A stretch of DNA of 64,000 nucleotides from Candidatus Latescibacterota bacterium. Its GTDB lineage: Bacteria > Latescibacterota > UBA2968 > UBA8231. Each line of letters begins with the position of its first letter. Position 1 is the stretch's first letter. Location of the stretch: positions 2,496,001 through 2,560,000 of the forward strand of contig OZ241889.1 of assembly GCA_965203355.1 (NCBI GenBank), given 5' to 3'. Under the pieces are notes generated by a model. That model saw only the letters and a program-made list of their open reading frames with translations. It was not told where the DNA came from and ran no database searches. A program made the position numbers and the translations under genes. This document shows, piece after piece, positions 59,554 through 64,000 of the stretch.

Positions 59554-61224
59554 TCAGGTTCTCGTTCGAGCGCAGACGCGCTGGGCCACTTGGTCGAGAA
59601 AGTACTTGAGCAGGCTATCGGTGATAAGGGGGGCGGCCATGCCGAGGCCACAGGCGCTGGTGGCCTTCATGGCGTCGCCGATGTCTTCTACTTCGCCGCG
59701 CCAAGCCGCTAGGTCGGCAGGCCCTTGGCCGGCGAGTCGCTCGGTCAGCCGCTGGGTGCCGATGCGGCAGGGAAAGCACTTGCCGCAGGACTCCTCGGCA
59801 AAAAAGACCATGGCTTGGCGCGCAATTTCTACCATGTCGCGGCGGTCGTCAAAGGCCATGATGCCGCCCGCGCCGAGCATGGAGCCGCGGGCGCGGAGCG
59901 CCGGCTCATCGAGGGTGACGTTGAGATCGTCGCCAGCGAGAAAACCGCCCGAGAGGCCGGCCATGGTAACGGCTTGGAGCTGGCGACCTGATCCTGGCCC
60001 GCCGGCCCATTCGTGGAGCAAGGTGCCGAGGGGCAGACCAAAGGGAACTTCGTAGTTGCCCGGCCGCTGCACATCGCCCGAGAGGCTGATAACCTTGGTG
60101 CCCGGGCGGCCATCGAGGCCCAGCGAGCGATACCACGCCGCACCGCGTCGTGCGATTTGGGGCACCGAGGCCAAGGTTTCGACGTTGTTGACGGCCGTGG
60201 GCAAGTTTTCAAAACCGTGTGTCACCGGGAAGGGGGGGCGATTGCGCGGATAGGGGTGTTTGCCTTCGAGGCTATTGAGCAAAGAGCCTTCCTCGCCGCA
60301 GATGTACGCGCCGGCCCCGCGGCGGATGTGGAGCGCACAGGAGAAATCGCTGCCGAGAATATGCGCGCCGATTAGCTGGGCGGCGTGCGCCTCGGCCAAT
60401 GCGTTGGCGAGGATGGCGTGGATTTCCGGGTATTCGTAGCGCAGATAGATAAAGGCGCGGGTTGCACCGGTGGCGTACGCGGCGAGCAGCATGCCTTCGA
60501 TGACCGCGTGTGGGTCCCATTCGAGGAGGGCGCGGTCCTTAAAGCAGCCCGGCTCGCCCTCGTCGGCATTGCAGACGACCGTTTTGGGTGCGCCCGGGGC
60601 CTCGGCGACCGCCTGCCACTTCTGGCCGGTGGGAAAGCCGGCCCCGCCCCGCCCCGCCAGTTGGCTGTCGGCAATGAGGGCCAAAAGATCGGCGGGCTTT
60701 CCGGCGAGGGCTTGTTGCAACGCTCGGTACCCGCCGGTTTGGCGATAGCCGGATAAGGTGGCGCGACCGGGGGTGCGGATGTCGGCAAAGACGCATTCTT
60801 CATAGCCGCCGGGATTGGGCGCAGGCCGGGGCGATGGCTTGGGTGCCAGGGCCTCGGCGTTGGCTCCGACCCATACTTGCTGGCCTTTGATGACCGGAAT
60901 GGGATCGTCGCAGCGGCCAGCGCACGGCATGGGCGCGGCATGGGCGAGGCTGGCGCAGAGCGCGTCGGCTCCGCGCAGTGAGCATATCGGCCCGGTGCAG
61001 ACGCGCGGGGTGCTTTGGCCGGGGGCTTGGCGCGCGAAGTGGTGGTAAAAGGTAACGGTGGCGAAAAGCTCGGCGAGGGGGATTTTCAGGCCCGTTGATA
61101 CGGCCTTGAGTGCTGCTTCCGACAAGTAGCCGTCGCGGTCGTGGAAGGCGTGTAGGAGCGGCAAGAGGGGAGCGGTTTCGCATTGCCAACGCGCGACGAG
61201 CGCGTCGTCTGTCCGGGAGATCAA
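59554..61224 (-). CDS. NuoE/NuoF-like fused NADH-binding (diaphorase) subunit of formate dehydrogenase
   Basis: TVTFYHHF..VCTGPIC (NuoE-like); GRGGAGFPTG, NADEGEPG, GAYICGEE, NNVET and ESCGKCFPCR (NuoF). Probable TTG start at 61224 with AAAGG upstream. Confidence 0.9.
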   Translation of the reverse strand: MISRTDDALVARWQCETAPLLPLLHAFHDRDGYLSEAALKAVSTGLKIPLAELFATVTFYHHFARQAPGQSTPRVCTGPICSLRGADALCASLAHAAPMPCAGRCDDPIPVIKGQQVWVGANAEALAPKPSPRPAPNPGGYEECVFADIRTPGRATLSGYRQTGGYRALQQALAGKPADLLALIADSQLAGRGGAGFPTGQKWQAVAEAPGAPKTVVCNADEGEPGCFKDRALLEWDPHAVIEGMLLAAYATGATRAFIYLRYEYPEIHAILANALAEAHAAQLIGAHILGSDFSCALHIRRGAGAYICGEEGSLLNSLEGKHPYPRNRPPFPVTHGFENLPTAVNNVETLASVPQIARRGAAWYRSLGLDGRPGTKVISLSGDVQRPGNYEVPFGLPLGTLLHEWAGGPGSGRQLQAVTMAGLSGGFLAGDDLNVTLDEPALRARGSMLGAGGIMAFDDRRDMVEIARQAMVFFAEESCGKCFPCRIGTQRLTERLAGQGPADLAAWRGEVEDIGDAMKATSACGLGMAAPLITDSLLKYFLDQVAQRVCARTRT

Positions 61225-61402
61225 GTTAGATACCTTTGTAATAGAGGACCACCTAAATGAACAATCTATCGGTTGCGCCAACCGAGGGCAACCGAGGACC
61301 GCCGCTCTGGACCATTTGGCCTCCATTCCTTTTACCCCGTGAGACCATTGCGTAGGTTACTGGAAGAAAGTAAAGCGACGGCTAATACAATGGTCATTGA
61401 AC

Positions 61403-64000
61403 ATGGACTCCAACCTTTTGTTGCGCGGCCTTTCGCTCGACCTTGAAGTCGGCAAGCAGGACCGCCGCATTCATGCCTTTGCCGCGGTGCGCCCGGATGT
61501 CGATCGACCCTTGGTATTCCGCGATGGCGACTTGGCAACGGCGTTGGCCGCACTCGACGAATTTGCTGATGGCGCGGCCTTTTTGCTCGGCCACAACCTG
61601 ATCGATTTCGATCGACCCCATCTGAAAGCAGCAAAACCCGATCTCCAGTTGTTGAAGCTGCCGGCCGTGGATACGCTGCGGCTCAATCCCCTCGCCTTTC
61701 CCCGCAATCCCTATCATCACCTCGTCAAACACTATCAGGACGGACCGCTAAAACGCGGGCGCCGGAACGATCCAGAACTCGACGCTCGGATCGCGCTAGA
61801 GGTCTTCGACGATCAGCAAAGCGCGTTACGCGATGCGCCGAGGGGCTTGCTCAAAGCGTGGCATTGGCTGACCGGGACCGGACCCGACGGCGCAGGATTT
61901 GACGCCGTTTTCGACGCCATACGGTGTGCGCCCCGCCCCGCTGACGCGGCCGCGAGCGCAGTAATCCGCGATCAGCTTGCGGGTATTACCTGTCAAAATC
62001 GCGGTCGGGATATTGTCGAGAATGCCACCCAAAGCGGCTGGCCACTGGCTTATGCGCTGGCCTATCTGTCCGTTGCTGGCGGCAATTCCGTGATGCCGCC
62101 GTGGGTTCGACATCAGTTTCCAGCAGCCGGGGCGTTGGTGCGCCAACTACGGGATAGGTCCTGTGGCGAGGCAGACTGCGATTGGTGCCGGGAGCGACAC
62201 GATCCGCGCAAAGAGCTCAAGCGTTGGTTCGGCTTTGATGATTTTCGCCCGGAGCCATTAAACTCCGATGGCCGGCCCATGCAGCAGGCCATCGTCGAAG
62301 CAGCAATGGCTGGGGAACACGTTCTGGGCATTCTGCCCACGGGCACCGGCAAATCGATCTGCTACCAGATACCGGCTTTGTCTCGCTACTACAAGACGGG
62401 TGCTCTCACGGTGGTGATTTCGCCCTTGGTCGCGCTCATGGCGGATCAGGTGGCCGGGCTGGAGGCGCGTGGAGTCGACTCGTGCGTGGCCATCAATGGG
62501 TTGTTGTCTGTGCCCGAGCGCGCCGATGCGCTGGATCGAGTGCGCTTGGGGGATGCGGGTATCCTCATCATCTCGCCAGAGCAACTTCGCAACCGTTCTC
62601 TGCGCCGTGCGCTCGACCAACGCGAGATAGGGGCTTGGGTGCTGGACGAGGCCCATTGCTTGTCGAAGTGGGGGCACGACTTTCGACCGGATTATCGCTA
62701 CGTGGGACGCTTCATTCGCGAAAAGGCGGAACCGGACCCGATCCCACCGGTGCTGTGCCTGACGGCGACCGCCAAGCCCGACGTGATAGCGGACATCAAG
62801 CAACATTTTCGGGACGATCTTGGTACAGGACTGAAGATTTTTGACGGAGGTGCCCAGCGGACCAATCTAGAGTTCACCGTGGTGCCGACGACCGAGGCCG
62901 AGAAATTCGCGCATATCCATCAGATCCTGATGGCCGACCTGCCGCCGGACGCGCCCGGTGGTGCCATCGTCTATTGTGCGACGCAACGACAGACCAAAGA
63001 GGTGGCGGAATTTCTACAGGATAAGGAGATCGCGGCTGACTATTTTCACGCGGGGCTACCGCCGGAGACCAAAAAGAACGTACAGCAATGTTTCATCCTC
63101 GGCGAATTGCGCGTGATCGCGGCTACCAATGCCTTCGGTATGGGCATTGACAAGCCGGATGTGCGGCTGGTGATCCACGCCGACATCCCAGGCTCACTGG
63201 AGAACTACCTACAGGAGGCGGGACGCGCTGGCCGCGACCGTCAGATGGCGCGCTGTGTGCTGCTCTATATGTCGGACGATGTGGATTGGAATTTCCGCCA
63301 ATTAGCGCGTTCGCGGCTCACTCGACGAGAGATTCACGGCGTACTGAGAGCCTTGCGCAATTTGGACCGGAGGAAGCGCATGAAGGGCGAAATCGTGGCT
63401 ACGGCTGGCGAGATCCTCGGCGCGGATGACGAAAAGGTCTTTGAGCGGGACTCCGCCACTGATGATACCCGCGTGCGAACCGCCATTTCTTGGCTTGAGG
63501 AGACGGTACTACTGACCCGGGAAGATAACCAAGTGCAGGTGTTTCCTTCGTCGCTCCGGGTGGACTCGGTGCAGGAAGCACGGAGTCGGTTGGCGAAGGC
63601 GTCCCTGACCGATGACTACCGGCAACGGCTACTTAGAGTCGCCGAGACGCTGATCGACGCCGATCCCGACGAAGGCATCTCCACCGATGAACTGATGGGT
63701 GTATCCGGCCTGAGCGCCGAAGGGGTGCGCGGTGCTCTGTACGACTTGGAGCGGCTAGGCGTCTCCAGCAACGATACGGCCCTGACCGCCTTCGTCCACG
63801 CGGGGGTGGAGCGCAACTCGCGGAAGCGCTTTGACGAGGCAGCGGAGCTGGAGACGGCCCTGATCGCGCATCTGCGCGAGGCGGCCCCGGACATGGGCAA
63901 AGGGGATACCTCAACCCTGCATTTGCGCGTCGCCGCGCAAACCCTGCGAGATGCCGGATTGGTCGATCCGCTGCCGGAACGGCTGCAGCACATTCTCCGC
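61403..64000 (+). CDS. Large RecQ-family helicase with N-terminal DEDD-exonuclease-like domain (3'-truncated; absent from the ORF track)
   Basis: One frame from ATG 61403: SLDLE, GHNLIDFD, VDTL, then LPTGTGKSICYQ, DEAHCLSKWGHDFRPDY, ATNAFGMGID and QEAGRAGRD. Confidence 0.9.
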   Translation, partial: MDSNLLLRGLSLDLEVGKQDRRIHAFAAVRPDVDRPLVFRDGDLATALAALDEFADGAAFLLGHNLIDFDRPHLKAAKPDLQLLKLPAVDTLRLNPLAFPRNPYHHLVKHYQDGPLKRGRRNDPELDARIALEVFDDQQSALRDAPRGLLKAWHWLTGTGPDGAGFDAVFDAIRCAPRPADAAASAVIRDQLAGITCQNRGRDIVENATQSGWPLAYALAYLSVAGGNSVMPPWVRHQFPAAGALVRQLRDRSCGEADCDWCRERHDPRKELKRWFGFDDFRPEPLNSDGRPMQQAIVEAAMAGEHVLGILPTGTGKSICYQIPALSRYYKTGALTVVISPLVALMADQVAGLEARGVDSCVAINGLLSVPERADALDRVRLGDAGILIISPEQLRNRSLRRALDQREIGAWVLDEAHCLSKWGHDFRPDYRYVGRFIREKAEPDPIPPVLCLTATAKPDVIADIKQHFRDDLGTGLKIFDGGAQRTNLEFTVVPTTEAEKFAHIHQILMADLPPDAPGGAIVYCATQRQTKEVAEFLQDKEIAADYFHAGLPPETKKNVQQCFILGELRVIAATNAFGMGIDKPDVRLVIHADIPGSLENYLQEAGRAGRDRQMARCVLLYMSDDVDWNFRQLARSRLTRREIHGVLRALRNLDRRKRMKGEIVATAGEILGADDEKVFERDSATDDTRVRTAISWLEETVLLTREDNQVQVFPSSLRVDSVQEARSRLAKASLTDDYRQRLLRVAETLIDADPDEGISTDELMGVSGLSAEGVRGALYDLERLGVSSNDTALTAFVHAGVERNSRKRFDEAAELETALIAHLREAAPDMGKGDTSTLHLRVAAQTLRDAGLVDPLPERLQHILR

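Overview
GC-rich bacterial window. Five exported proteins end in a FlgD-Ig/T9SS-A-like domain, and the sulfatase, PhyH, TPR and FG-GAP genes resemble marine or sponge-associated Latescibacterota/Poribacteria-type genomes; this lineage call is inference only. Main blocks: (1) an N4/N6 methyltransferase with a nuclease-like partner (1.2-3.1 kb). (2) An apparently self-contained sigma54 module (5.1-13.8 kb). It has a cytoplasmic beta-propeller/Y_Y_Y sensor fused to an enhancer-binding AAA+, three 20-21 bp-spaced upstream repeats, an IHF-like site and a -24/-12 promoter. This drives a 92-aa exported 8-Cys peptide with a duplicated motif, followed by a long G-U-rich hairpin, two paralogous FG-GAP proteins and a truncated CxxC/FMN-binding-like gene. 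(3) An envelope cluster with a frameshifted large exported protein, TPR, lipoprotein and DUF4159 genes. (4) A nurA/HAS-barrel/herA operon carrying a minimal two-gene restriction-modification cassette flanked by an 80-bp duplication of the herA 3' end. (5) A metzincin-Ig adhesin-like protein. (6) Housekeeping genes: rnhA, lpdA, PBP1A, CCA enzyme, yitJ-like, XPB-Bax1-like pair, fdhD, class I fumarase, threonine aldolase and uronate isomerase. (7) A selenocysteine formate dehydrogenase (UGA plus SECIS) with a NuoEF-like partner. (8) The 5' part of a large exonuclease-like/RecQ helicase that the ORF track misses. All family calls are from motif recognition by eye; no searches were run.
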